Position numbers and translations under genes: made by a program. Shown here in pieces: positions 24,300 through 38,541 of a stretch of 64,000 nucleotides of DNA (positions are counted from its first letter, which is position 1; every line of letters begins with the position of its first letter). The stretch spans positions 14,600,645 to 14,664,644 of the forward strand of contig OZ316893.1 in the NCBI GenBank assembly GCA_973895155.1. The letters are read 5' to 3'. Source of the stretch: Marsupella aquatica (lineage: Eukaryota; Plantae; Marchantiophyta). The notes under the pieces were generated by a model, which saw nothing but the letters and a program-made list of their open reading frames with translations, ran no database searches and was not told the DNA's origin.

Positions 24300-27026
24300 T
24301 TAATCTTCCATCTCATCATCTTCATCGTCAATTGCCTGAATTCTCATCTTCTTGAATTCCTTGGGATTTTCTTGAGGTCTGTCAGGCACCCGGATGAGAA
24401 TGTCCGCTTTCACACCCGTCTCACTGTTCACAAGACCCCCGTTCTTCTCCACATGATACGATAACTCCTTTCCCTTTCCACCTGCTACCGTTTTCTTGAC
24501 GTCGATAAACACCGTAGAATTCTCATCAATGTCGCCGCCAATGAGCATACGCGAGAGCTGAGTGACCACCTTCCGCTCCAACCAGCGCCGCAGAGGACGA
24601 GCACCATACAGAGGATCGTAAGACTCCTCTAGCACCAGGTCCAGAGCTGCATCCGTGACGGCCAATGCCACACCGCGGTCCGCCAACCGCACGGCCACGT
24701 CCTTCATCTGCATTCGGGCGATCTTCCGAAGTTGATCGGGCGCAAGAGGCGAGAAGACCACGATCTCGTCCAGCCTGTTGAGTAATTCGGGCCGGAAATA
24801 CATACGCACCTCATTCAAGACTTTATCCTTGGCGACGTCCATCGAGTGAGCTCCAGTCATCCCGGCCAAGAGATGCTCGGCTCCGAGATTAGACGTCATG
24901 ATTATGACGGTATTGGTAAAGTTCACCGTCCGGCCTTTACCATCGGTGAGACGACCATCGTCGAACACTTGCAGGAGAGCGTTGAATATGGAAGCGTGCG
25001 CCTTCTCAATTTCGTCGAAAAGAATGACGCAGTAGGGACGTCTCCTTACAGCTTCTGTGAGTTGGCCGCCATCGTCGTGACCGACGTAGCCCGGCGGAGC
25101 GCCGATGAGCCGGGCGACAGAGTGCTGCTCCATGTATTCCGACATGTCGATGCGCACGAGCTGTTTCTCGCTGTCGAAAAGCTGCTCGGCGAGGGCTTTG
25201 GCCAGCTCGGTTTTTCCCACACCTGTTGGGCCGAGGAAAAGGAAGGAGCCAGTAGGTTGCTGCTGCCTTCCGAGGCCTGCTCTGGATCGGAGCACGGCTT
25301 CTGCCACTGCCTGCACGGCTTCATCTTGCCCGACAACGCGCTGGTGGAGGCGGCCCGAGAGCCCAAGCAGCCGCTCCATGTCGTTTTGCCCGAGCCGTGT
25401 CACCGGAATGCCGGTCCATCGGCTCACCACTTCGGCGATTTGGTCCGGCCCGACAACCTCCGTCAGCATGTTGTTCTCTCCAATTTCGGCGTCTAATTTG
25501 GCAATGCTCTCCTCTATCTCCTGCAGTGCGCCGTAGCGCAAATCGGCTACCCTCGCGAGATCATATCTCCGCTCGGCATCTTGGATGTTGAACAGAATTT
25601 CCTCACGCTTCTGCTTCAGGCGACGGTTTTCATCGACTCTCGCTTTCTCCCTCTCGTATTTCATCTTCAGAGGTCGCAATTTGTCGTTGAGGTCGTCCAG
25701 CTCTTCTCGTACCTCTAGTAGGCGGGCTTTGCTTGACTTATCCTTCTCTTTCTCGAGAGCGTGGAGCTCCACTTCGAGCTGAATTCGGCGCCGCTCGAGA
25801 TTGTCTACCTCTTCCGGCTGGCTGTCCAGCTGCACTCGTATGTTGGCGCACGCCTCGTCGACCAGATCGATGGCCTTGTCTGGTAGATGACGTTCTGTAA
25901 TGTAGCGATTGGAAAGCTGAGCAGCAACGACGAGGGACTTATCTAGAATGCGAACTCCGTGATGTCCCTCGTACTTCTCCTTCAATCCTCGCAGAATGCT
26001 GATCGTGTCTGCAACACTAGGCTCAGAAACAAGCACTTGTTGGAAGCGACGCTCAAACGCTGCGTCTTTCTCCACATACTTCCTATACTCTTCCGTTGTG
26101 GTAGCTCCAATACACCGAAGCTGGCCACGGGCAAGCATTGGCTTGAGGAGATTCGCTGCATCCATAGACCCTTCCGTTCGCCCTGCACCGAGAACGAGGT
26201 GAATCTCATCAATGAATAGAATGACCTTCCCATCAGCATCCTCGACCTCCTTGAGCACAGCTTTGAGCCGCTCCTCAAATTCACCCCTGTACTTAGCCCC
26301 GGCGATCAATGCTCCCATGTCTAGGGCAATCAACCTTACGTCGGCTAAATTGCTGGGAACATCTCCTCTCACAATTCGCTGCGCTATGCCTTCCACGACC
26401 GCAGTCTTCCCTACTCCTGGTTCTCCGATCAGAACCGGGTTGTTCTTAGTTCGCCTGGACAAGATTCGAATAACTCTCCGAATCTCTTCATCCCTCCCGA
26501 TCACAGGATCGAGCTTAGCGGCGTCCTCCACCAAATCTCTTCCATATTTCTTCAGGGCTTGGAAATTCGTGTCTGCGGAGGGGTTCTCGACTTTCCTATC
26601 GCCACCGCGCACTTTCTCGAGCTCCCCTCTCACCATGTTGACGCTCAATCCCGCCTCCTTCAAATAATCTCCGATTTGCGGGTCCTCAAGAAGAGCCAAT
26701 ATTAACTGATCGATTGGAAGATGGGAGTCTCCTCTCTTCTTCTGTAGCGCTTGCGCTTTCCGTATGACCTTGATAAGGACCGAATTGGCGGGGAGCTCAT
26801 CGGGAGCCGGAGTCTGAGATGGGATCTTCTTCAACGCCCGGTTGAACACCCTCTCCACAGATTCTACCGCCCCAGCGAGTGTCTGCTTGAACAAACCGTC
26901 GGGGTCGTCAAGAAGCGCCGCAGCCAGATGGATGGGAGCGTACTGCGCATGTCCGTTCTTAATCGCGATCTCCTGCCCCGCAGCTAGCGCCTCATTCGTC
27001 TTGTGCGTAAACTTCTCCGGATTCAT
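24300..27026 (-). CDS. HSP101: Cytosolic heat shock protein 101 / ClpB1 disaggregase, 908 aa, no coding introns
   Basis: [15 protein letters not shown] start, two AAA+ modules (GEPGVGKT and GPTGVGKT), coiled-coil middle domain, RIDMSEYME, and an acidic C-terminus [17 protein letters not shown]. Confidence 0.98.
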   Translation of the reverse strand: MNPEKFTHKTNEALAAGQEIAIKNGHAQYAPIHLAAALLDDPDGLFKQTLAGAVESVERVFNRALKKIPSQTPAPDELPANSVLIKVIRKAQALQKKRGDSHLPIDQLILALLEDPQIGDYLKEAGLSVNMVRGELEKVRGGDRKVENPSADTNFQALKKYGRDLVEDAAKLDPVIGRDEEIRRVIRILSRRTKNNPVLIGEPGVGKTAVVEGIAQRIVRGDVPSNLADVRLIALDMGALIAGAKYRGEFEERLKAVLKEVEDADGKVILFIDEIHLVLGAGRTEGSMDAANLLKPMLARGQLRCIGATTTEEYRKYVEKDAAFERRFQQVLVSEPSVADTISILRGLKEKYEGHHGVRILDKSLVVAAQLSNRYITERHLPDKAIDLVDEACANIRVQLDSQPEEVDNLERRRIQLEVELHALEKEKDKSSKARLLEVREELDDLNDKLRPLKMKYEREKARVDENRRLKQKREEILFNIQDAERRYDLARVADLRYGALQEIEESIAKLDAEIGENNMLTEVVGPDQIAEVVSRWTGIPVTRLGQNDMERLLGLSGRLHQRVVGQDEAVQAVAEAVLRSRAGLGRQQQPTGSFLFLGPTGVGKTELAKALAEQLFDSEKQLVRIDMSEYMEQHSVARLIGAPPGYVGHDDGGQLTEAVRRRPYCVILFDEIEKAHASIFNALLQVFDDGRLTDGKGRTVNFTNTVIIMTSNLGAEHLLAGMTGAHSMDVAKDKVLNEVRMYFRPELLNRLDEIVVFSPLAPDQLRKIARMQMKDVAVRLADRGVALAVTDAALDLVLEESYDPLYGARPLRRWLERKVVTQLSRMLIGGDIDENSTVFIDVKKTVAGGKGKELSYHVEKNGGLVNSETGVKADILIRVPDRPQENPKEFKKMRIQAIDDEDDEMED

Positions 27027-27440
27027 GGTGGCAAATGCAATCCCACTTTCACCGAATTGCGAAACACTCCCTTCAAATCACGAAACCTCCTCCTGTGCGT
27101 TCGAACGTCCTACTCGACTCCTTCAGCCGTGCGAATCGTGCTACAAAAACAAATCACACCTGTTCGTAATTCCCCTTTCCTGAATCACAGCAGCCTACAC
27201 TGACCAAATTCACTCCGCTTCAAAATCTTTCTTCAAACTCTGTCTACAGAATTGACACCTCCTTTTCTTCGAGTGCAATCTTCTATTCTGCAGAGCCTCA
27301 ATCCTATCTTCGTTCGAGAGAAACTCCTCCCTATTCTTGTTATTGTTCGTCTGTCGTCGATGTCCACTAATCTGTCACCTGCAACAGCGATCAACGAAAT
27401 GCGAATCACAACATGGAAATCACAGCGTGTTGCGCAGGGC

Positions 27441-27870
27441 TTTTATAGGCGAGAGGGGGAGAGGGGGGGAGAGAGGAAGCAAAAAGGATGGGAAGGTACG
27501 AGACGAATTGGGACTCCTCCAAGAAAACACTAGAACGCTAGCTCGCTTCTCGAGCTTTCACATCTTCTCGAGGGTTGACAGAGTGTGTACATTTCTCTAG
27601 ACTCATCGCGCACTTTCTCGATACTTATTTTCCCGACGGTCCGAACGCACCGTCGGTTCTCTTCTCCCTCTCTCAATAGTTATTTTGTCGACGGTCCGAA
27701 ATCACCGTCGGTTCTCTTCTCCTTCAAATCGAGATATCCTAGAGTCCTCCAGAAATTTCCCCAAAACTCTTACGGTACGAGACGTTTTCCGACAGTTTTT
27801 CTCGTCATTCAACAACCCCTTTCTGGATTTTTCTAGAATCCTCTGGTTTCTTTGAAGATCCTCTGGAAAC
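27441..27870 (-). promoter_or_regulatory. HSP101 promoter: TATA box and heat-shock elements
   Basis: CTATAAAA on the - strand at 27441-27448. nTTCn/nGAAn arrays at ~27547-27559 (TTCTCGAGCTTTC), ~27748-27759 (TCCAGAAATTTC) and 27821-27870 (TTCTGGATTTTTCTAGAATC...). Confidence 0.75.
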
Positions 27871-30800
27871 AGACGTGTGTACCCAGGAGTTATCCGGGGT
27901 TTTCACTCTGTGTTCTTGGTTTCCGCCCAGGGCATCCGTTTTGGACATTTACCGGTACAACGTTGTGTCCGAGGGTTCTTCAGGGTGCTAGACCGGTACA
28001 ATGCATGTACCGAATGCATGCCTGTCCACTTGTTCGTTTCTCACGATGCGTACTGTGGATAATAATTGTCCTACGAGGAAAACCCATTCTCGTTGCGCAT
28101 GGGCATGCTCACATTTCGATCCACTTGTAGGTGACTCTTGTGCTAAACCCCTCTTTGGCACTGTCTCTTTGTATTTTTATTGTAGCTTATGCACCATAAC
28201 CCCTTGGCACCTTGGCAAGTCAGGATCCCTTGTCACCTTGGCGAGTCAGAACCCCTTCTCACTTTGACCAGTCAGATGTAAATTTCTGTCTTATTATTTC
28301 CTTAAATCTCTATGTTATTGTGATGTATTTGGTAGATAGTAGATATAGAAATGGCTCCAAGGCTGACCATTAGTGTGTCCTAGTTGGATTGCCCATTCTT
28401 TGAACATAAATAGTCAAGAGTACAATAAGAGTGGCACCAAAATATATTTCTTATTCACATTATTTAAGGATGATGAAATCAAGATAAAAACACCATCAAA
28501 CATGTCATCATTTTAATAATTATATATAACATACCATCCTTCTTTCTACATACCTTATGGTGGGGCGATAGCCATTTTTTGAATGTACACAGAAATCATG
28601 ATAAAAAATATACATGGTTATCATTTGACATAATTATATCATAGTCATGACTTTTCCCATCCACATGGTGGGCCATGGAATTAAGGTCTAGATTTTTCAC
28701 TCTAAAAACCTAGGCTCCAAATCTAGCTTGTAGTTAACACTTTATAAATAAGATATAAGTAAGATATATGTTTTTTTCAAGGGTGCTATATGGTGGGACA
28801 CTCTTTGGTTATCTTGTCTCATTCAATTTGATTGAAATATATTTTTTATGTTAATTTGGCCTACTCCATGCTTCAGCCATGTATTATTTATAATTTAGTC
28901 ATTTTTGGCAACCCCTTTAACTTTCTTCATTTCCTTAATTTCTGTTAGGTCCCCTATATTTTCTTAAACATTTTGAATAACATTTTGAGGGGCATAATTT
29001 TCTTACTTGCATGACAAGTTGGACCCTTCAACCAAGCAACTAGTACACTATTCATTGATGAGTGCACCTTATATTCCATTGGTTATAGTATTTACATTAT
29101 TCATAGTTTATTCATGAACAGGTGATAGGGAGCCCAAATAAAGCAGAATTTATTTTTTTAATACAAAGTTTAGTAGTTCACTCTCTTTGAATCATAAATG
29201 TTGTACCTATACAAGTACATTAACTGGTACCTAGAAATTAATGCACATGTAGTATTGTACCTTTCTCACTTAAAAAGTGGTTTTTTCATTAACTTTCTTA
29301 TAATCATTCTTTCAATACTTATTTTTCAAATTAAAATATCTCCTCATTTCAATTCTTTTAGATAAGTCAAAATAGGCCTAATAGGATGAACATGCTATAT
29401 AAGGCTTTAGAAGTAAGATATAAGTCTACAGTGTGTCGAACCCAATATGTGAGAAGGCTGTGGGGGCCAATAGGCATAATGGCCCACCTCGGAGGCACTG
29501 GTAAATGTTGGTTGTTGCAGTCTATGTTTGCCACCAGCAGGCCAGCTCTGCTATGGCTTACAAGAAATAAGGCTTCTACCATACAAACACAATATAATTG
29601 TACCACCCTTGCATACACATGCCAGCATTTATGTATATAGTAAGCTTCTTTACAGGGTATTGTGGAATATAATGCCCAGAAAAACAAGAGCTTCAAGTTT
29701 TGAGAAGCTACAATTGCTCGTAATGCTCTGATAACACGATCATAAAAGCCGAAACTAAAGCCCAGATGGACTGCTAGGTTGTCTCCATCTATCCCCATGG
29801 ACTGTGACAGTGGACAGACCATATTACACATAATCATGAGAGAGCGTAACTGCAAATGGATGGTAAATTTTGTCATTAATTGTCCACCTACATTTTTGTC
29901 ACACTAAGAACATAATGTGCACCAAATTCTGTCAGGGTAAGAACATAACACTGAAAACTGAAATTAAGAATGTAAATTATGAAATAGAGAATGAAGATGC
30001 ACATTTAACATTTTTTGTAGCTTCCGTAGCGGCAAACTTGAAGTGTTCCTTGTAACAATAGCAGTGCCGTATGAACAACATGATTTCCGATAGCTCTGTA
30101 GCAAAAAAGACGCTCTTTATGACAAGAATATTGCTCTCTGAAAAATATGAATTATCAACAATATTCCCCAAAGAAAAAATCTTGAGTACCTCGATAACAA
30201 TAAAATTAGTCAAAACACTTTTTATAGCAAGAGCAATGGTCTCTGAAAATTAGGATTCCACAACAACGCTGATGTAAATTAAAATATCCTTTAGCTTCAC
30301 AATGGAAAATCTTGGGTCCTCATTTCTTTTCTTCTGACCCATCGCATGCAAAGAAGTTAGGGGTTTCTAATTCGAATGTGTGGAAGACTTTACAATTTTG
30401 TTGAAAAAATATAGGGGCGTTTTAATCCAATTTTAAGAATTATAAGAACTTTAAGGTTTTTTAATATAAAAGTGAGAATATTCATAGAATATTCATAAAG
30501 TTAGGGGTAAAAAATATAGTAAAAATCAACTTTATTTTTGTAAGTTTTAGGGTGTTATTACTTGTAAACTCCACATGTGATATGGGCCCCCGAGGGAAAA
30601 ATGACTATATTTCCGATAACAAGCAATGCTCTATAAAAAATATTTTTGCAACAACATTTCTGGAAATTGTATAATCATTCCGTAAAGTATCGATGCCCTA
30701 GAATCTCAAGAAAGTGTGTAGAAAATTGTAATTTATATGTGGCAATTGAGCTTATTTGGGCGCCACCTGGCCTCCTTGGTGGGAATTGTCACCTTGGCTC

Positions 30801-32717
30801 ATGAGTGGTTGCTTGCTTTCCCCCCTTTGCGGGGCTTTTGAATATTACAAAATATTTTTGAGTAAATTAAGTTCATTTGGTTTTTACCATTGGACAAACT
30901 ACTTAAGGCGGTATGAATAAAATGTGAAGCACTCAATCTATTCAAAGTTTCATCTACTTTGAATAGATGAAACTTTATAAGGTCTTTACATAAGAACCAA
31001 ATTAAATATACTTTAAATGTTATCTTTTTTATTAAACTCTTAAAATTAGGTAGAGTAATTATGTGGAGGGGAAGAGTATTGGGAGAAAGCAGCGAAGCTC
31101 TCAATAAAAAAATGCTATGGCCACTGACATATTTTTAGGATAGAAGTGGTGACAGAGTTAGTGATAGAGAAAATTTATGGATAGAAGTGCAGATTTGGTT
31201 ACTTACACTGTACTCTATGGACAGAAATGTAAATAGCAATGTCCAAGCACACTTTTATGTTTTGATCCTGTCCATGGAGGTTTGATTTATCCATGAGAGC
31301 TTCGCTAACAATGTCCAAGTCCATCCGGGCTTTAAGTTCTTAAAAGCCTAAGGGATTTTTATTTCTACAAAATTTAGTAAAAGTAGTGGAGAATCTTCTT
31401 AATGAATGGATCTAATTCTTGACTGTATTTGTGTCTCAAATTCCCAGAAAAATACAAAGAGACTATTCATGAAGGGCATTACTACCTTGTGAATGCCATT
31501 GACCATAAATGCACCATTGTCAGCCATTGTGAGATATAAATTGACGATGTAGTGGAATTTGATTAGCCCAAACTCTTGTGTAGTCAACCTTAATGGATGC
31601 TAGGAAACTCCTCCCAAACATAGTTTTCAATAATTATTCACTAGTCAGGTTTATGTTGGTAAATAGTTTTTCTCGAGGGCCATGGTCTGTGACCTCTCAG
31701 AGATTACAACCCACAAAACCCCCTCAACAGGATGGTTATCCTACATGTAATTTATATATATTTATGGGAACCAATAATGCATCCACTAATCTTTAAGCCA
31801 TGTCTAGAATTTTTGTTTGTAAATTAGAGGACTCTATCCAGAGCAATGCTCAAGGAAACAAAGTGCAAGGCCTTCTATATGTACTAATTAAGACCTGCAA
31901 CAGCAGTTGTGGGAAATAATGCTTTGAAAAATGAGAGCTTCAGCTGAACTTTCGAGGGGCTACTGCCGGACCCTTAATACATTGAAAGGCCTAAGATTTG
32001 TGTTTATATACTCATTGTAGTAAATGTAGAGAGTTGAATATTCAATAGGAGTTTATCCAAATCTTGACTGTTTTTTTCTTTCGTTTAAGGAGAAATTTGT
32101 GAAACAAACAAAAAAGTGAACAATCAGTCAAAAAATTTGAACCCAATAACTTTCAGTCTCCCCTCAAGTGAGCTCCCACTTAGCCATGCCCTGGAAACAA
32201 TGTGTTTAAAAACACAGAATTCATGAAGGGCACTAAGTATGTACCGATGTGCTCTTTACTGCAGGGTGGGATATAATGCCCCAAAAAACAAGGAATTCAG
32301 TTTGAGCTGTAAGGGGCTATGATTGTCCATAATGCTCTAGAAACAGCACCTTAATACACTTAATGGCCTAGGGGATGTTTATTTTTACTAATTTTAGTAA
32401 AAGTAGAGGAGAGTTTTCCCAAAGAAATGATCCAAATCACAAAGGGTATTAACTTCAATGCTCTCAACAATCTGTCAAGTCCATTTTGTGTTTGATTTTG
32501 GCTAATTTAGAAATTATTCACCGGACTTAAAGCATGGTAGAGCTGTCCTTGTCAGGGAGTTCCCCAAATGAAAGATTATCCACAAAGGGCTTTATCTTAC
32601 AATTTTCCAATGACACATAATGTCCCTATTTTATGGGGGCTCTAGCACGACAATATTTCTGTTTGTCCTTTCTTCCATCTACGGGAGAAATGATGGGCGA
32701 CATGGGAATGGACCAGG

Positions 32718-33942
32718 TGTGGTAGTGCTTAACTCTTGTGTCTAATTAGGTTAACTATGGCATAGCTTAATATCAATTAAGGGTTGTTGAAGTTAGACTA
32801 GTGGAGAGGAGTATACCTTGTGAGTACACTTCATTGTGCTCATACTCAATTAAAAGAAGTCTTCAAAAGTTAGAGATTCTGGAAGAGAGGAGACTAACAT
32901 TCAAAGTGTAGCTTGTTAGGTTGTCAGGCTCTTATAGATATACAGGGGATAGTGATTAGTGCTTTGTCCTCTCAACCGTGGATGGTGTCCAGATAGGGTC
33001 AATCACATATCTTTGTGTTGGTGTTGATTGTATATTAGACACTAGTTCCATATAAAATTGTGCTACCCAATACTATCTCCACAAGGTGAAACCCCAATAC
33101 AACATTTAATTTCTCTCTGGTGGTGAACCTAGCCACGTACTAGGCACCCTGACCAAACCCAACACCTTGCCTAAGTACTCTTGGTGGTGAACCTAGCCAC
33201 ATACTCGGCACCCTGACCAAACCCAACACCTTGCCTAAGTACTCTTGGTGCCGAACGCTTACACGGAAATCCCGAGCAAGCAATTTGGTGCCTCTATCAC
33301 CGCCAACGACAACTCCCATACAAAGCCGCAGATGCTTCTCAACACAACTGTTGCTTAATGGCCCCTACTATATGCACAAGCAACCAACTGTATCGGTAAG
33401 TAACCCGCCTTGATCTCGGATCCCAAGACCATTGTCTTGACTCAAGCTAAACGGTCGTTAGTAAGTAGGTCAGTGGATAGAGCCGCCCAAGCCTGTGTGG
33501 CCTTGCACGGGGCCTTGCCATAAGCTGAACCTAAGGTTGACACTCACTGTTTGTCCAGAACAGCCCCTCTACCGGGTGTCACCCGAGCTTCCCGACTTTT
33601 TGTCCATCACCAGCTAACCACCTTGCTTCCAGGGCATGCCCATGGCCCAACTAGCTAGTTGGCACCAATTCAGCCCTGACTCTAGCAACCGTCTCTATGG
33701 CTACAGCCCAACCTGGAGTCTGAGGGTAAAATACAGTTGGACCTCAACACTGGTGCCTACTCTACGTTACATTTGCAACGCAAGCTCATGTGAGAAACTA
33801 AACACAATTTGATTGTCGTTACGGTAGGATCAGTAAGCAGGGGAGATAGCCCTTGCAAACCATGAGGACCGAAGGCACCCTCACACTCAATTGAGATCAG
33901 GAGAATGTAGTTCTTTGCAGCTTTCCATCACACCCCCTCTTG
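32718..33942 (-). mobile_element. Probable degenerate 3' LTR (~1.2 kb) with polypurine tract
   Basis: On the - strand, AAGAGGGGG directly precedes TGTGATGG (33932), and the segment ends CTACCACA (32718). TATA-like CTATAAGAG near 32930 and an internal 63-bp duplication at ~33117-33250. No partner LTR or TSD found. Confidence 0.45.
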
Positions 33943-33999
33943 AGGATATATTGTCATTTCCATTTGACTATTCCCCTTAGTAGCACGACCCAACTTGGG

Positions 34000-34510
34000 T
34001 TCACTCTTGGTCCAGTGGGAGACACCACTCATCTCACATGACTCCTCTCACATGTGCTTATGGAAACGTTCACTCTTGGTCCATTGGGAAACACCACTCC
34101 TCTCACATGACTCCTCTCACATGTGCTTATGGAAGTCCATTGGGAAACACCACTCCTCTCACATGACTCCCATTGGGAAACATCACTCCTCTCACATGAC
34201 TCCTCTCACATGTGCTTATGGAAACGTTCACTCTTGGTCCATTGGGAAACACCACTCCTCTCACATGACTCCTCTCACATGTGCTTATGGAAGTCCATTG
34301 GGAAACACCACTCCTCTCACATGACTCCCATTGGGAAACATCACTCCTCTCACATGACTCCTCTCACATGTGCTTATGGAAACGTTCACTCTTGGTCCAT
34401 TGGGAAACACCACTCCTCTCACATGACTCCTCTCACATGTGCTTATGGAAGTCCATTGGGAAACACCACTCCTCTCACATGACTCCTCTCACATGTGCTT
34501 ATGGAAACAT
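34000..34510. repeat. Minisatellite with a 158-bp higher-order period
   Basis: Subunits CATTGGGAAACACCACTCCTCTCACATGACTCC and TCTCACATGTGCTTATGGAA(ACGTTCACTCTTG)GTC. Identical blocks are offset by 158 bp. Confidence 0.93.
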
Positions 34511-35814
34511 GTCAACCCCGCACCAACTTTGGTCAATTGTTTTTGGCCTACTGTCTCTCCCTCACTCTCTCTCAACCCTACACTTTAAACCCTATGCTAT
34601 GACTCTTGGCTTTGTGGTAGGGATCATGCACAACCTTAGGTAGCGGCTGGAGCATAACTTTTACCAGCCAATTGTCACCATGGTACACAAGTTCTTGAAA
34701 TTTTGTTTGTTCCTTCTGTGTGATCTTCCGTTGGGTATCTTCATGCTGTGGAAACCGAACTGCACTGAGGCTTTCTTTACGCTCCTCAACTCGATGCCCT
34801 TGTGTACATAGTTAGAGAGAGGTTGGTTTTGTAGTTCCTAGGTAACGGAATTTTGAAGTAAACAGCAAAAGCAGAATCTACTACTTTCAGTTGGTAGTAT
34901 CCTAGACGGAGCTTTCGACATGAGGGTGCGTATGACACTTTATATGGAAGACAGAAGTGGGGATGTCAGAAGTTTCTTGCAGAGCAGCACGAGATTCAGG
35001 TAGATCACAATCCAAAGTTCATGCTTGCCTAGTTATCGTTGAATCCCTTCTGCCACATGTTATAGGCCAAACCCCTTACTGTCCAGGAATCAAAAACAGC
35101 TTCTAACTTTGGCCCATATCCAAACACATCTGCACAAGGAACTTGACAGCACGCTCAGAGCACCACTTTCCTGGAATTCAGGTTCCAGCTTGCAGTTAAG
35201 TTCTTGAGTTGTAGGGCATGATCATCTGCCATAGTCACAGGCTCTGATAAAACGGCACAAAGCAGGCCATCTTTCGAATTACAGGTGATATCAAGGAGAT
35301 TTGTTAACACTGCTATGACGTGAAGGGGAGACACTACAAAATGATAACGTCAAGATTTCAAAACAAGCATGATGAAGCAGTTGTATGCACACAACAAAAC
35401 AACCAACGTAGAATTGGGATCCCCAGTCGAATTCCTTACAACACTCCACCGAAACAAGTTCAAGAATAGCAGAAATCCGAAAAAGTTTGCAATTCAAACA
35501 CATCCTACAAATCACTCAGAGCATCTCTTCTAAAGACAATAAATGAGTCTCAGATAAACTCTTTATGACTCAACACAGATCATTACAAAATCCACAAGCA
35601 AACAGGTAGAAAAGCGTGCAGCCATTACAATTGCTCTAGACTTCCACGAAGGTGCGAATTTCCCAAAAGTTCCAATCTTCTCGATTACAGCAGAATCAAA
35701 CGCTGAGTTTAACAAAATGATTTACAACAACAGTACACAATGCTACATGTGAGATATCCACCCAATTTCTTCCTTCTGGTCGCAGCCAACGACATGGCCC
35801 AAAGCATGTCCACC

Positions 35815-37158
35815 CTATTTCTTCACAAGAAGAGGTCCGACATTGTCACCAGTGGCCTTGTTGTACTTAGCATGGGTTCCATCGCATAGAGGGAAAGTTC
35901 CAGAGCGCCAACATCTGTACAGCCAAGCAAACATTCAGATTCATCGTACCGATAATTGGATGGGATCTGCGCACTTCATCACTTGAGAATGCAATGTTTG
36001 GAAGTGGAATTTGTGGGCTGTGATGGGAACAGACGGCACCCGTCTAAAACAGAGGACCTGATAACTCATCACAAAATTCCAGACGGCCACCGTACCAGAA
36101 AGCAGTCTCATTTCTTACGAGGAATTTCTGACTTGAAGCTAATACGTGGAAAAGGTGAACGCTTTCTCCTCAAACCGAGCTTCATTTCATTGACAAGAGA
36201 AAGAGAGAGCAAAGAGGTGAAAATTCCAAGTTCGACCCTCAGTTATGGGACTTGTTCAATATATGAAGGGCAGATTCAGTGCCAGCTCGAGAGATCCAGG
36301 GATATTTGTACCTCTAAATTCACTGGCTAGACAAAATTAAGGTGTAAGCCTGAATTTGGTCTACAACCCAAGAACGTGTGTACACATGTCATATTTTAGT
36401 GTCAGCTGCTCAGCTCCGACTAAATGAAAGTTAACTGCAATGTTTGCTCACTTTCGAAATGACAGTAAACCGCTCAGCTCCGACAAATGAAATTAGCTAC
36501 AATGTTTTGCTCGCTGTCGAAATAACAGTGAAGACCAAGTCTTACATCAGAGTCTACTGTAAGTCAAGACATTGCATGCAAAATATCCTAGCCACTCAGC
36601 CCCAACCACAGTCGAGTCCAGACACAATGACTTCTCACTTCCCGAATCGAGGAGAAAAAACCTTCTCAAGGACATAAAATCATTGCATAATCGTTCAGCA
36701 GATGGGAGTGTAGCCGTCCCGCTGGCTCAACCAGAAAGGAGGAAGAAACACTTCCAATGACATGAGCACGTGTGCTGGAAACATAGATCAGGACGACTCA
36801 CTTCAATCTTAGACGAGATCATGCTGCCTAGTTGAGCACGAGCACGCGCATCAGCAAGAGAAAGAGCATCAGCTCGAGCTGGACGAGGACTGCACCAACA
36901 GACACTCTCTCACCTGCAGTAGGCGGTGAGGGGCTTGGAAAGCTCGCCGACGACGACGGTGTCCACCACCTTGTCGCTCTCCTTCTTGATGGCCGGGTTG
37001 AGAACAATGCTGCTCTCTGCCGTCGCCTCAGCACGAACCCGAAGAGTGGAGCGCCTCCCCAGATTCCGCTGCTGCTGCTGCTGGCCGACCGACACGCCGC
37101 TCAGCGATGCGGCTGATGCCGCCAGAGAACCAACTGCTGCTTGCACGATTCCTGCCAT
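35815..37158 (-). CDS. NEET: CDGSH iron-sulfur domain protein NEET, plastid-targeted, 114 aa, 2 exons (37158-36914, 35914-35815)
   Basis: Transit-peptide-like N-terminus, then [30 protein letters not shown]|[32 protein letters not shown]. The GT-AG phase-2 intron restores the C-X-C-X2-S-X3-P-X-CDG[S/T]H motif. Confidence 0.95.
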
Positions 37159-38541
37159 TTATCTAGTTTCCTTTCTGCCCTTCAATTCGCTCCTGTACAC
37201 CTGCCGTCCGTCCTCTTCCTCTTGCCAAATGAATTGCTCGAGATGGGCCGAATGTCCACGCGCTGGAGGAGCTTCTGCTGCCACGAGAATTTTGATAACG
37301 AGCAGGACTTGCAGAGAGAGTGTGTGGAGCGTGTGGCCGTCGCGACCGTTTTGGTTCGAGGCTTCGAGCTTTTCGGCTATGGTGGGAATTGGCGAGTCTG
37401 AATTTGATGCGCATAAATGATATTGCGAAAGAGCCCGCGAAGGTTCTGATTGGCACTATCTTAGTTGCTTCTGATTATCGTAGTACCACCCCACAGGACT
37501 TAAATTATTTTTCATTTTTGTGAATAAACAAAATATTAATGGAAATTGAAGGCAAGATGGACCCCATCTTGGACAATGTTATGATGAATATTTGAAGCTA
37601 CTATAATGGTAAATACACTTTTCAGATTTTGTCTGATTTTGTCTTAGTGATATTTTTGTGTCATTTTTGTTTCATTGTGCCTTATCAAAGGGCATCCTTT
37701 GTATCATATAGATTTTTAATTAATTTTTGTACCCCTTTAATTTTTGGTATCCTATAGAATTTTGAACTTAATTTGGCAGTCCTCTTAATTTTTAATCTTT
37801 GTTATCTCTTAGATTCCAAAGTGTGAATTCACTTGAACTAAGTTTTGAAGCAGAGAAATGGTTCTAAATAACATGAACACATTGTGTTCTTAAGTTCCCC
37901 TCATGGCTTTCTTTCCTAATTTTATGGTTTTTATTTAATTACGTCATTAATAATGCACGTTGAATTAATAAGTGCACAGATTGTAGCACATTTGTGTCAT
38001 ATAACTTGATTGTACTTTTCATTGGTCACTCACTATGTGCTTTTCTTTGCATGTGCTCTACTTATATTATTTTATCCAACACACACTTAATATGTATTCT
38101 AGGTCCACTTTCTTATTTTATCCACTTACATATTACTACAAGACAAAAAAAACAATCAAGCATGTTCTAGGATGAGCATGCTATTTGATGATTATGAGTC
38201 CTAAACTAATTTCTAGTTTTGCATTTGCGAGGCAACTAGAGAGTGAATACATGTCAATAAAACCACAAGCCCAAATAGTTCATATTAACATCATGAGAAT
38301 TAATCTAATGATATTTACCCCTCTTCATGTTATGATGAAGAACTCAACCAAAATGGCCAAAAATTCACTCTAACCTTAATGGAAGTGTGGCTTACCTACT
38401 CCTAGAGTCGCATATCCCCAAATCTAAAAACAAATTGATTTTGTGAATATGAAGTTGTTACAATTAAACTCAAATTTGGGGAAATATGGTCCATGGGGGC
38501 TATAGATTCATATTAATGACCTGTTTTCATTTTAGGAACAA

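Noticed and set aside
24846-27183. Several long + strand ORFs overlapping HSP101
   Set aside because: They are antisense shadows of a GC-rich CDS with no recognisable domains.
28300-32700. ORFs in the AT-rich region (e.g. 29367-29876, 29977-30213)
   Set aside because: They overlap old degenerate repeats (29640-29740 resembles 32250-32350; 28575-28770 resembles 4400-4520) and show no protein motif.
33995-34643. Repetitive ORFs (HWETPLLSHDSSHMCLWK...)
   Set aside because: They are translations of the minisatellite.
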